In this document: piece after piece, positions 10,766 to 20,304 of the stretch
How positions within the stretch are numbered: position 1 is the first letter of the stretch
How the letters are laid out: every line of letters starts with the position of its first letter
IMG/VR virus record: IMGVR_UViG_3300024270_000041
Reading direction: 5' to 3' (one strand)
Length of the DNA: 64,000 nt
Source of the DNA: an uncultured virus (IMG/VR IMGVR_UViG_3300024270_000041)
Lineage: Duplodnaviria; Heunggongvirae; Uroviricota; Caudoviricetes
Program-made: the position numbers and the translations under genes
The notes under the pieces: model-generated
The model's database searches: none
Told to the model about the DNA's origin: nothing
Seen by the model: the letters and a program-made list of their open reading frames with translations, nothing else

Positions 10766-12945
10766 ATGGCAAAGAAATCAATGGATAATATTGAGGTTAA
10801 GATGGGAGACCCAACGTGGGTAATTCCAGCTATCAATAATCTCACTACATATTCGACCGACGAACTTGTTGACCCAGAGGGCAAGTTCTCCAAGTATGCT
10901 ATTCAGACATACGGTAAACTTGGTTACTTCACTGGTACAGAATCCGATGATGATTACGAACTTAAAGGCGTAATTGATTGTAAAGACCCGATTCTCAGTG
11001 AAGAAATTCAGGCTCTTCGTCGTAAGATTTATGATATGAATCCAAAGGGTAGGAGATATGGTACTGATATTATATCAGCACATGTATATACCCGTGACTT
11101 TGATAATGACTGTAGAGAGGATATGCTTACTGGTAAAGGTTTTAGGATATCCAATCACGAGTCGTTCGATAAGAAGAATCAAAAGATACCAGACGGTCTT
11201 CAGAGCCCAGAATTCGGTAGTGACTTCGGCGACGACCTTGAATTTGCAGAAAGATATAGATGTGTATGTGGACTCAAGATGGGTCAGATGTATGAACATG
11301 AAATCTGCCCAGAGTGTAATACAGAAGTTCAGTACTGTGAGGTAGACCTTGAGAAGACTGGATGGATTTTCATCGAGGGTGGATTTAAAGTAATCACACC
11401 TATATATTACGCGAAGCTCGAAGCACTCCTCGGTAAGTATGATAGCCAGGACTCAGTTATCGGAGCAATCATCCGCTGTAACTATAAAGATGCAAAGACA
11501 AATGAGGAACTTGATGAAGCTGGTCTTACAGATAGAGACCGAGAGATGATTGTTAAGCATCCATTTATCCGTAAAGGTATGGCATGGTTTGAACAGCACA
11601 TTCTCGAAGTTCTCGATTTCTATAGGAGAGCTAAGCCCGGTAAGGCTAAATGGTTCGAAGAAATCATTGATAATATAGACAAAGTATTCTGCTCGAGAAT
11701 ACCAGTATATACATCAGTTCTCCGTATGGAAGCTCCTGGTGCAAAGGATGAGAAGGTATTTAGAACCAAAACTAATACCTGCTATCGTTCAATCATCAGG
11801 TCCGCAAACATGATTAATGATTTGGTATCTCGTCACTATGTAAAGAATGCTGACGATAATGCACACTTTACAACCACTTATGATATCAGTGAAATGACAT
11901 CAATTGACAGATTCAGCGCTCAGATTCAGAAGGACCTCAAGGACCTCTTCGAAGAAGAGTTCACAATTCTGTCAGGAAAAGAAGGATATATTCTTGGTAA
12001 GGTAGTATCTGGTAGATACAACTTCTCCGCAAGAAACATCATCATCTCTGGTGGTGCCGACCTTCACTCAGACGAAATCATGGTTTGCTATTCCACATTC
12101 ATTGAGCTCTTTAGATATGAGCTCACAGCATACTATGCTAAATATAATAACTGTACAATATCAGAGGCCAATGATGCAATCCTGAAAGCACAGTCACGAT
12201 TCGATAAGCAGGTATATTACACCATGCTCTATATGGTTAATACGAATGATATCCATGTAATAGTTAACAGAAATCCGTTAGCATATAGCGGCTCCCAGTC
12301 GTGAGGCTGGTGAGAAAACTCTACTTTATACGGGGAAATGCTAGCCACCTCTTTTGAGGTTCCGTGCTACATTTACAAGCGTTAGCATAATCCGTAGCCA
12401 GGTCTCAGTTTACTGAGACAAGGTTCAACGACTATCGAAAGGGTAATCCGATACTTACATCGGGTGAGTAACCGAGTAGAGTAGGGCCAAGTGGTAGGTT
12501 TCTAGATGATATTAGTCTAGAGTGATTCCTTTAAACCGAAATGATGAGCATCTCATAAGAGTTTATGAGTTGGTGATATAGTCTACGCAACATGGTAACA
12601 TGTTGAACCCAGTACTGGGTTGATGGTAATTAACGACTACCATTTACTTGCACGGCAATTAACTATGGATCATTCCTTGCACTTCGTATCGTTCATGTTA
12701 AATCTGATATTGGAGATAGAACTCTCACCGTTAATAAGCGTATCCTCATCGTTATGGGTGCAGACTTCGACGGTGACCAGGAGAATATATTCAGAGTATT
12801 TGGCGACTCACTTAACGCAACTATTGCGAGACAGATGAACCCGAGATATACGCTCTTTATCGACAAAAAGAATAATCAACTCAATCGAGCGTTGATGCCT
12901 ACGAAGGATGAAGCTATCGGCTTCTATACCTTCAATAATATCTAA
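10766..12945 (+). CDS. RNA polymerase beta'-like subunit, N-terminal part with catalytic motif; spliced join(10766..12278,12656..12945), about 600 aa
   Basis: Zn finger RCVCG...ICPEC and GRYNFSARNII (conserved region C). Splicing gives VNRNPSINYGS...MGADFDGDQ. Confidence 0.92.
12279..12655 (+). mobile_element. Group I self-splicing intron, 377 nt, no homing endonuclease ORF
   Basis: P1: exon CCGU pairs with intron GCGG (12288-12291) with a U.G at the splice site. P-like CGGGGAA, Q-like AATCCGTAGC, R TTCAACGACTA (12424-12434), S GATATAGTCT (12575-12584), P9 hairpin with GTAA loop, terminal G12655. Removal restores the frame. Confidence 0.93.
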
Positions 12946-12963
12946 CGAAAGGGTTATGCTAAA

Positions 12964-13233
12964 ATGCCAGATAAACTCGAACTCAATATTGCATCAATTA
13001 CAATCATCATTGATGTGATCGAATTAACCATCGTATTTCTGACATGTATGCTATTTATAATATCTCGCAAGTATCTATATAATAAATTCGAGATTCGATG
13101 TGCTGTCACTAATGGTGATAAGCGTAAGTTTAATCTCATAAATCATATTATTACCGCTATCGTTATTGCGATGGCGGTAATAATCCCTATTGAAATAATA
13201 ATAGATGGGAGGGCATGTTGGCCTTGGATATAA
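12964..13233 (+). CDS. Small two-TM membrane protein
   Basis: Two hydrophobic stretches; GAAAGGG RBS. Confidence 0.65.
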   Translation: MPDKLELNIASITIIIDVIELTIVFLTCMLFIISRKYLYNKFEIRCAVTNGDKRKFNLINHIITAIVIAMAVIIPIEIIIDGRACWPWI

Positions 13234-14333
13234 GATTCAATATGTATAAGGTCAAGTATGATAAGCTTGACCATTTAACACGTACGCTGTTTCATTCACA
13301 GCATATATCAACCGTAAATATATACATCAGTCTCGATGACATATATTGGCATTGCCGCAACGGTCAGTCCAATCACGAATTCCAGTGCTGTGGTAATATG
13401 GCACCAAAGCAGTTGGTGTCCAATGTCCTTAATATTATAGCACACTATCGTGAATGGGCGGTTAGAAAGAATTTGACAGTTAAGGTATATGCATACTACA
13501 CAATGTCTACCATATTCGAGAACCGTAGCATACGTCACGATTATAGAAGTAATTACATTAGCAGAAGTGATATAACTAATGCAGACTGCTACTATGTAAA
13601 TAACTGTATCCGTGAAGCTGCACCAATTCTCAAGACAGTTACACAGTATATCGATGGCGTATACGTTGTTGATACTAGAGGATTGGAACCTTCCGCATTT
13701 CCACATCTCATGGCTACCGAACTATCCGACAGTCCTGCAGATTGGAACTTCCTCATAACTAAAGACATCGTCGAATTCCAGTATGCATACTATGATAAGT
13801 TCTCGGTGATTTATCCGAAGGGTGATGACTCAATGCTTCTGGATACTCCTTCAACATGGAGGCATATTGCCAATAAGGAGAAGGTGGAGAGTGAATATCT
13901 CTACAAATACCCAGATGCGTTCTTACCAATAACACTCGCTATTGTTGGTGACAAGAAACGCTCCATCCCGAAGATAAAGGGACTTAGCTGGAGAACTATG
14001 ATGAGAATGATGGATGATATTATAGTTGATAATACTGGACTTGACCCATATTCTCATGCTATGAAATTCCTCGACTCTTTGGAAGCTAAGAACTACAAGA
14101 TGTCCGAAATCCAGACAAATCTTAATCTGGTTCAGCCATCCACTAATGCAGCACTTGCTAGTGATGTAGTTAAGGAGAACATTCGTCTACAGTTCATTGA
14201 TACGCCCGACTATAATAGTTTAATGGAGCTTAATCGCAGTCCGGAATTGTTTGCATCATGCCCAATAAATATAAGGTTCCTTACACGGGTAGGAGATGTA
14301 AAACCAATAAGCCCGTTCAAGCTAAATTATTAA
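13215..14333 (+). CDS. 5'-3' exonuclease / T4 RNase H (FEN-like) family protein, divergent
   Basis: H3TH-like LAIVGDKKRSIPKIKGLSWRT and a FLITKD (SxDxD-like) segment. Confidence 0.6.
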   Translation: MLALDIRFNMYKVKYDKLDHLTRTLFHSQHISTVNIYISLDDIYWHCRNGQSNHEFQCCGNMAPKQLVSNVLNIIAHYREWAVRKNLTVKVYAYYTMSTIFENRSIRHDYRSNYISRSDITNADCYYVNNCIREAAPILKTVTQYIDGVYVVDTRGLEPSAFPHLMATELSDSPADWNFLITKDIVEFQYAYYDKFSVIYPKGDDSMLLDTPSTWRHIANKEKVESEYLYKYPDAFLPITLAIVGDKKRSIPKIKGLSWRTMMRMMDDIIVDNTGLDPYSHAMKFLDSLEAKNYKMSEIQTNLNLVQPSTNAALASDVVKENIRLQFIDTPDYNSLMELNRSPELFASCPINIRFLTRVGDVKPISPFKLNY

Positions 14334-14380
14334 AAGAAAGCCCATATGGGCTTTCTTTTTTGTGTTAGGAGTGATATAAG

Positions 14381-15664
14381 TTGAAAGCAATAGATAGTAT
14401 TAACTTCCGAATGTGTAAGTATAAAATGGACCGTATCCAGTTAACGGTACCAGGGTTATCTAAACCATATCAGGTTAATACTCTGGCTATAGGTGACCTC
14501 GTAATAGAAAAGGACTTTGATAATTACCAGTACCCATACTTTCGTGTAACTATAGGTGTACCTAATAAGGTGCGACGCCTCATGCGTAAGAGTCATACTC
14601 AAATAACTGCGTATGTTCGTATGGTATATGCATACTTCAAGACCCAGGATACGATAGGCTTACCGGATATGCATACGCAGGAGTATATATATCTATCCGA
14701 GAATTTCTATGTGTTTATGGAAGACCATAGCCCAGATGTAACTATGGACGTTGAAGAGCAGATTGAAAAGGAAACTCTTCCAGACGGTATCGTTACTGGT
14801 TTTGATAATCTTACCACTATAGAGATATTACTTTACAAGAAGGCCGACCTTAATCTGGTCAAGCAGACACCGACTAAGGTGTATCGTAATGTTACCCTTC
14901 TCGATAGTCTCGTAGATTATATGAATACCGTTGGTATGACCAAGGTATTGATGACACCCCCGAATAATAACCTGAAAAGATATAAACAGTTTCCATACCC
15001 ACCCATTAGAGTCGACGAGCAGATTCTCAGAGTATGTGGGGATTATGGTATTCATAAATGCGGTACAACTTTATTTTTCGACTTTGATAAGACCTATCTT
15101 ATCGAGAAGGTTAATAAATGCACTGCATGGGTACCCAATGAATATAAGACAATCTATGTAATTGAACCGACTGCCGCGGCACATGTGTCCACCGTAATTC
15201 AGGGATGTAGTTATGAATCTGATCATTGTGGATATTGTACGATGACAAGTGCTACATCATCCGCAGATTCGATGGAACGTGAACAGGTGTTCGGTTCACG
15301 AATGGATGTTATTGATAAGAAGACAGGTAATTACGTCGATGTGTCGGCAAACACTACAACTATTTCCGGTGGTGGTGGAAAATCACGTACTATTACCTCA
15401 TATGACGGTGATGCGTCTACCGCATATGCTATACGACAGCGAATGATTGAAGAATCAAATATTCTCACTGCTGTACTCGATGGTACAGACCTTACAATGC
15501 TTGCACCAAACAAGTTATACCAGTTAGTATTCTTATCATCCAATCTTTCTAAACATAATGGAGCATATAGGCTGAAGAAATTCACATGTGCGTTCCATGA
15601 GAATGATAGAGAATGGTTTACCCCTACAGTACTTGCTACATTTGTAGGAGACAAAATAAAATGA
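14381..15664 (+). CDS. Probable baseplate hub-like structural protein
   Basis: 427-aa beta-rich ORF (TTG start, AGGAG RBS). The C-terminal L.P...Y..........G.Y.L.....F pattern is reminiscent of gp27/VgrG hubs. Inferred. Confidence 0.4.
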   Translation: MKAIDSINFRMCKYKMDRIQLTVPGLSKPYQVNTLAIGDLVIEKDFDNYQYPYFRVTIGVPNKVRRLMRKSHTQITAYVRMVYAYFKTQDTIGLPDMHTQEYIYLSENFYVFMEDHSPDVTMDVEEQIEKETLPDGIVTGFDNLTTIEILLYKKADLNLVKQTPTKVYRNVTLLDSLVDYMNTVGMTKVLMTPPNNNLKRYKQFPYPPIRVDEQILRVCGDYGIHKCGTTLFFDFDKTYLIEKVNKCTAWVPNEYKTIYVIEPTAAAHVSTVIQGCSYESDHCGYCTMTSATSSADSMEREQVFGSRMDVIDKKTGNYVDVSANTTTISGGGGKSRTITSYDGDASTAYAIRQRMIEESNILTAVLDGTDLTMLAPNKLYQLVFLSSNLSKHNGAYRLKKFTCAFHENDREWFTPTVLATFVGDKIK

Positions 15665-15668
15665 CGGT

Positions 15669-15704
15669 AAATACCCCAGTACCATAAATGGTACTGGGGT
15701 ATTT
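15669..15704. terminator. Bidirectional intrinsic terminator
   Basis: Perfect 17-bp inverted repeat AAATACCCCAGTACCAT-aa-ATGGTACTGGGGTATTT between convergent units. Confidence 0.85.
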
Positions 15705-16231
15705 TATGTAAAACTATAGAAAGGTTGCATGTCTAATGCAAGCATATGTACTCAATAACAATGACCGGCAAGGGGTAGCTCTCACATTAACAATATGAAA
15801 TCATGGAGTGATTTTTAATGAAATTGCTTTATGAATACCTGAGCGCGGAAATGTATGTAACGTTCACGCTACTCTCAATACACGGGCAACTGTTCGCAAC
15901 ATCGTCCGCCGTATATATCAACGAGGTCTCGGCACAATCCGTTACAAGTGGCTTACGCAACATTAAGTAGATTAAGCTGTATTCATTAGTCGATGAAATC
16001 ATGAGCAAGAAAATATCGACGGATGTCTTTGCGAAACTTGAACACGCTTTGGCCGGAAGAATCCGCCATTTGAACTTTTTATCACGTTAACAGGTCCTCG
16101 CCACGTTAGTGGTGTTATCTCCGGGCATTTTATCGGTATAAGATATCGGGTATCTTCGAAACTACCCGGCCTTTGTCATTGTGTATCATAATAGGACGCA
16201 TTCCGCCTATAGTGAATGGCAAGTCGTCCTA
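15669..16231 (-). ncRNA. Candidate large (about 560 nt) multi-domain structured ncRNA
   Basis: About 590 bp without a long ORF; late-type promoter GACA-N6-TA at 16241-16230; several nested long-range helices; ends in a terminator. Confidence 0.65.
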
Positions 16232-16257
16232 CATATATGTCATATGGTGTATAGATT

Positions 16258-19128
16258 TTAAATGAAGAGTTTATCATTCTCAACCTGCTTGAGACGAATA
16301 CGAGATGAGTGGAATTTCTTCATACCTGCATTAACGAATGTATTAGGAACTGTAGCGAAGTTGATACCTACATTCATGAGGTCCATTTCATATGGTCTGG
16401 AGCCAATACATGCTGAGCATATCTTCTCACCAATACAGCACATTGGTGAACGTACTTTGATTGGTTTATTGATAAACTGCTTATAGTTCTCGTCGGTGAC
16501 AGTAACTAATTTACCCTCACCTACGATGACATTCTGACCTTCAAGGTCACGCCAATTATCCTCGGTGTATGTCAATGTTAAGTAACCCTTAGTATGACAA
16601 TCTGAACCCTCTTCGTCTACTACGGTAGCGCCGAACAGAGCATAGAACTGCTTTGTTACATAACCAGCATCGGCTGTACCTACGGACTTAGGATATGAAG
16701 CAGATACCACCATGTTACCAGCTTTTGCAATTTCGTCCTTTCTAAAGCCTTCTACATAGCTCGACTTAATAACGTCAAACTGACCTGTACCAGCATTATA
16801 AATAGGACCAATCATAGTATTGATATTCTTAAGCTGGTCATCGACTTTAGCCTTAGCACCAGATGCGAACAAAGTTCTTGATGTATCGGCATCAATTTTC
16901 TTCTTAAGCATATCTACAAGCTCATCCTCAAGAGCAGCCACTTCATCCAATGTCGGATTCGGGTTTTCTTTGAAGAATTGCTCCTTACGGGCAATAATCT
17001 TCTTGTCTGGAATAATTGTAGCCTCTGTCATAGACGATGCGAAAATAGTAGTTGTCTTATATGCATAGAACTGAATAGCCTTAAGGAATGGCCATACTTT
17101 ATCCGTGGTAATTCTATCATACTTAATAGCTGTAGCTACAAGGGCAAAAAGTTTCTCATACCCCTTCTTATCAATAGGGATATTCCAGTATCCATCTGGG
17201 ATAATCTCAACGATATATGGCTCAATGATAATCTTATTGAATGTAAGAATACCCAGGGTTGTTTCAACCGGTTTCTTATTGGTATACTGATTAGCAGCAA
17301 GAGTTACTGTATCATAATGAATATATTTGGAATTCTTAATCTTCTTGGTTTCAAGGTCGGTAGTCGTAGCAAACCATTCAGTTAACTTCTTCATACCAAT
17401 ATTCTTGTAGTTGGTATTCAATATCTCAGCAACAGCATGGGCTGGTGCAGGCTTACCCTTAGGGTTAAACTGCATCATAGAGTAAAGACCAAGTACACCC
17501 TCGTTACCCAGGGTCTTAATAAGTTTACCCTGACAGTCGATATAGTGCTTCTTAGACATGATAATATTCATTGTCTCGTCGTTAGCTTCCTTAGAGAACA
17601 TAGCACGATGAGATGTTTGGTCGCCATCATAGTCACCGCCGATAGCTTCGAGGAACGAGTTATCCATATTAAGAGTATCGTTGAACGCTACTGCCACCTG
17701 CTCCGGTGGTGCATCAGGTTCTACTACTGGGTAATATGGAAACTCTTTCTCAATACCCTGAATTCGAAGCTTTATTGGTGTAGTTTTGATGGTTGATAAT
17801 ACATGAATCATTGATGGGAAGATACCAAAGTATGAGATAAGTGGATATCTAGTAACCCACGTGGTCTTATCTGACGAGACCTCGACCGCTGCGATATATA
17901 GTAAATCAGTCCAAGTGAAATCACGATCAGCGATAGGTGCCATACCATCAGCATTCGGATTCTTCGGATCAAAAGGTCTTCCTGCAAACTTCAGTGGAAT
18001 AATCTTCTGACCACTCGGAGTCTTGATTCGTACAGTCACGGGTTCAAATCTTGTCTCATAGTTATCAATGAACTTATCAATTCGCTTCTTGATAAGATCT
18101 GCAGTATAATCCTGCATTGGGTCATCAAGCTCATATGATTCAACATTACCGCCTTTAAGTGCCAAATTAAGTCGGTTACCCGATACTTCAAACTGCTCAG
18201 AAAGGTAATTGGCTACCCAACGAGCAATGAATGGGAATAATGTAACACAAAGCTCAGCAAGTGGAATACCTGTATGATTAACGTCAATAGGCACTTCATC
18301 CGGAGTATCATACTGGTCAAGTACCATACATGAGATAACTGAACGGTGACCATAGTCCGGAGCTTTACCTACAACGTACTTATTGAAGAAACCATCGGAT
18401 TTCTCAATGATACTTCTGAAGTATTTATGGAGTTCCAGAGTCTTAAGCTGAATGCGATACTTCGCAGCATGACCCATGAATAAGAATGTCTTATCATTCA
18501 ATGACTTTGCAAGACGAATGATATCGATATACATATTATTGACCTGTGGAATCTTAGCAGGTCCATCGCCGGTTCTTTCCACATCTCTGTAGAATACCGG
18601 CTGTACTACGAACTTATTGATGAATATTTCATTCGGTTCAAATGACTCAATCATATCGATACGTTCGTTACGCTCTCTGGATTTATTACGCTTCCATTTA
18701 ATCTTTGAGTAGTTCTTGATAAACCAATCCAATCCACAGTTAGCTGGATTAGCCTTCGGGTCATCATCTTTAAGTTTAATGAGGTCACCATTTTCAGTAA
18801 CCTCCCAACACCCTTCGCCGGCGATACACTTCGATATATTCTGCTGAAGTTTAGTAAGGATTTCATAAACGAATGGATGTATGATAGTTGTATTGAGATC
18901 GATATAAGCATACTGGCGCTTACGTTCATCGACTGTCTTACCGAATATCTCTTCGGAGAATAATCCATCCACTGTAGGGATACCTTCTCTCTCAAAGGAT
19001 ACTGGATTGGTAACAGGCTTCATTCCGAGATACTTAATAGACAGGTCAATTACTTCTTGCGTCTGGATGTCTACCTTTAATGGGACATCCGGTCCGACGG
19101 TGCGGACATCTGGCATTTCGTTAGCCAT
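16258..19128 (-). CDS. Second RNA polymerase beta'-like subunit (about 956 aa)
   Basis: Motifs DGLFSEEIFG, TRYPL, GGDYDGDQ, VGTADAGYVTK (bridge helix), RSPMCC...ICSAC and AGMKKFH (trigger-loop-like). Start MANEMPD follows AAAGGAGG. Confidence 0.93.
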   Translation of the reverse strand: MANEMPDVRTVGPDVPLKVDIQTQEVIDLSIKYLGMKPVTNPVSFEREGIPTVDGLFSEEIFGKTVDERKRQYAYIDLNTTIIHPFVYEILTKLQQNISKCIAGEGCWEVTENGDLIKLKDDDPKANPANCGLDWFIKNYSKIKWKRNKSRERNERIDMIESFEPNEIFINKFVVQPVFYRDVERTGDGPAKIPQVNNMYIDIIRLAKSLNDKTFLFMGHAAKYRIQLKTLELHKYFRSIIEKSDGFFNKYVVGKAPDYGHRSVISCMVLDQYDTPDEVPIDVNHTGIPLAELCVTLFPFIARWVANYLSEQFEVSGNRLNLALKGGNVESYELDDPMQDYTADLIKKRIDKFIDNYETRFEPVTVRIKTPSGQKIIPLKFAGRPFDPKNPNADGMAPIADRDFTWTDLLYIAAVEVSSDKTTWVTRYPLISYFGIFPSMIHVLSTIKTTPIKLRIQGIEKEFPYYPVVEPDAPPEQVAVAFNDTLNMDNSFLEAIGGDYDGDQTSHRAMFSKEANDETMNIIMSKKHYIDCQGKLIKTLGNEGVLGLYSMMQFNPKGKPAPAHAVAEILNTNYKNIGMKKLTEWFATTTDLETKKIKNSKYIHYDTVTLAANQYTNKKPVETTLGILTFNKIIIEPYIVEIIPDGYWNIPIDKKGYEKLFALVATAIKYDRITTDKVWPFLKAIQFYAYKTTTIFASSMTEATIIPDKKIIARKEQFFKENPNPTLDEVAALEDELVDMLKKKIDADTSRTLFASGAKAKVDDQLKNINTMIGPIYNAGTGQFDVIKSSYVEGFRKDEIAKAGNMVVSASYPKSVGTADAGYVTKQFYALFGATVVDEEGSDCHTKGYLTLTYTEDNWRDLEGQNVIVGEGKLVTVTDENYKQFINKPIKVRSPMCCIGEKICSACIGSRPYEMDLMNVGINFATVPNTFVNAGMKKFHSSRIRLKQVENDKLFI

Positions 19129-19262
19129 TATATTTAACCTCCTTTGTGAAGTCAATTATATAGAGGTTTTCGAATCGGGTCTTCTAAAAGCAAAAAAATC
19201 AACACCGCCTAAGTAACTAGAACCGCCAGGTACGTACCTGGCGGTGTTGATGTTAGTATGGC

Positions 19263-19652
19263 TCACCAGAGAAGGCAAGCCAGTTTATCCTCGATTTCTT
19301 CGAGGAGCTGGCGAGTTCCCTCGCCGATATAGTACCCATACTTTTCTGCAAGTATGGATATGCTGGATGTTGGATAATCAGTGGAATTCATATCCACTAA
19401 TACCGATGATATATCATCGGTATCTACTGTGATAAATAACGCCACATCCATTTTTCGTATTACGAAAAATGGAAGGAATGTACCATCACACTCGAAGAAT
19501 CTTCCGTTCGCATGGATATTAGTGAAAGCGGTTATCTTTTTGAAGTCATCAACTGTGACAGTTGATTTCCGACTTTTATCCGTGGATAATTTGCGGATGA
19601 TTTCCTTTGCATAGCAGGATGCTGTATTAAACTTATGATTGTAAGTATTCAT
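19263..19652 (-). CDS. Early hypothetical protein
   Basis: 129-aa ORF with GAGGT RBS, downstream of the bipartite early promoter at 19767-19735. Confidence 0.7.
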   Translation of the reverse strand: MNTYNHKFNTASCYAKEIIRKLSTDKSRKSTVTVDDFKKITAFTNIHANGRFFECDGTFLPFFVIRKMDVALFITVDTDDISSVLVDMNSTDYPTSSISILAEKYGYYIGEGTRQLLEEIEDKLACLLW

Positions 19653-19734
19653 AATTACCTCAACTTTCTACCACTTTATCGTGGCGGTCAAAATGATTTA
19701 TTTAGAAGGCCGTATTACCTTCTATCTTACTAAT

Positions 19735-19767
19735 ATGATATATATGCCATATATACGGAAATCACGG
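19735..19767 (-). promoter_or_regulatory. Bipartite early-type promoter CCGTGAT-N16-TATATATCAT
   Basis: Same motif and spacing occur at 42534(-), 49840(+), 55119(+) and 62657(+). Confidence 0.7.
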
Positions 19768-19824
19768 TGCATAGAAATACCCCCATTACCTATTATAGGT
19801 AATGGGGGTATTTAATATTCATAT

Positions 19825-20085
19825 TTATTTCTCAAGCATGATCTTCTGACCATCACTGAGCTCTATGAGGAATGTCGCAGGCGCATTTTCGGATTCATTA
19901 TCAGGAAAACTTACTACCGTCATAGTTTTAATCTCTTCGGGAATTAGTTGTATTGCCTGACAGAAGCGAGTGAAGTTATTGTAGTTATCACCAAGCAACT
20001 TTTCGCATTTCTCGAAATCGAACGAACCTCCCGACCTCGTGAGCTCGGTGAATACATCGATGCGATCAATTTTCTTCTTGGACAT
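19825..20085 (-). CDS. Hypothetical protein
   Basis: 86-aa ORF with AAGAGG RBS. Confidence 0.7.
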   Translation of the reverse strand: MSKKKIDRIDVFTELTRSGGSFDFEKCEKLLGDNYNNFTRFCQAIQLIPEEIKTMTVVSFPDNESENAPATFLIELSDGQKIMLEK

Positions 20086-20110
20086 CGGTTTCTACCTCTT
20101 TCACTAAGTA

Positions 20111-20296
20111 TTATGGGGACTGTCCTGTAAGAGCTGCTGCGAGAGCTGATGCCGCGTCATCAGCCCCGCCGTTAGCTTTCTTACGTTTAATACGGAGCTC
20201 TCTCAAGTATCCGATTTCTTTATATGTCATCTTGAGTATTTGATCGATTGTAAGCTCTCCTTTGAAAAGGCTTAGCATCTCCTCAACGGTGGTCAT
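20111..20296 (-). CDS. Small baseplate assembly-associated protein
   Basis: 61 aa (LTIDQILKMTYKEIGYL), directly after the gp26-like gene, resembling the short partner ORF in such loci. Confidence 0.45.
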   Translation of the reverse strand: MTTVEEMLSLFKGELTIDQILKMTYKEIGYLRELRIKRKKANGGADDAASALAAALTGQSP

Positions 20297-20304
20297 AGAT
20301 TGCT

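Noticed and set aside
12279..12304. C-terminal LAYSGSQS* of the 512-aa ORF as a true protein end or pseudogene
   Set aside because: It is read-through into the group I intron; splicing restores an intact gene.
12620..12838. 72-aa ORF as an intron-encoded homing endonuclease
   Set aside because: It overlaps exon 2 out of frame and has no LAGLIDADG, GIY-YIG or HNH motif.
15818..16090. Plus-strand reading MKLLYEYL... with an in-frame TAG, suggesting stop-codon recoding
   Set aside because: Core genes are intact in the standard code, the peptide is unrecognisable, and the region is better explained as a minus-strand structured RNA.
15669..16231. tmRNA, RNase P RNA or group II intron
   Set aside because: No tRNA-like ends with CCA, no GAGGAAAGUCC-type RNase P motif, and no recognisable domain V or GUGCG start.
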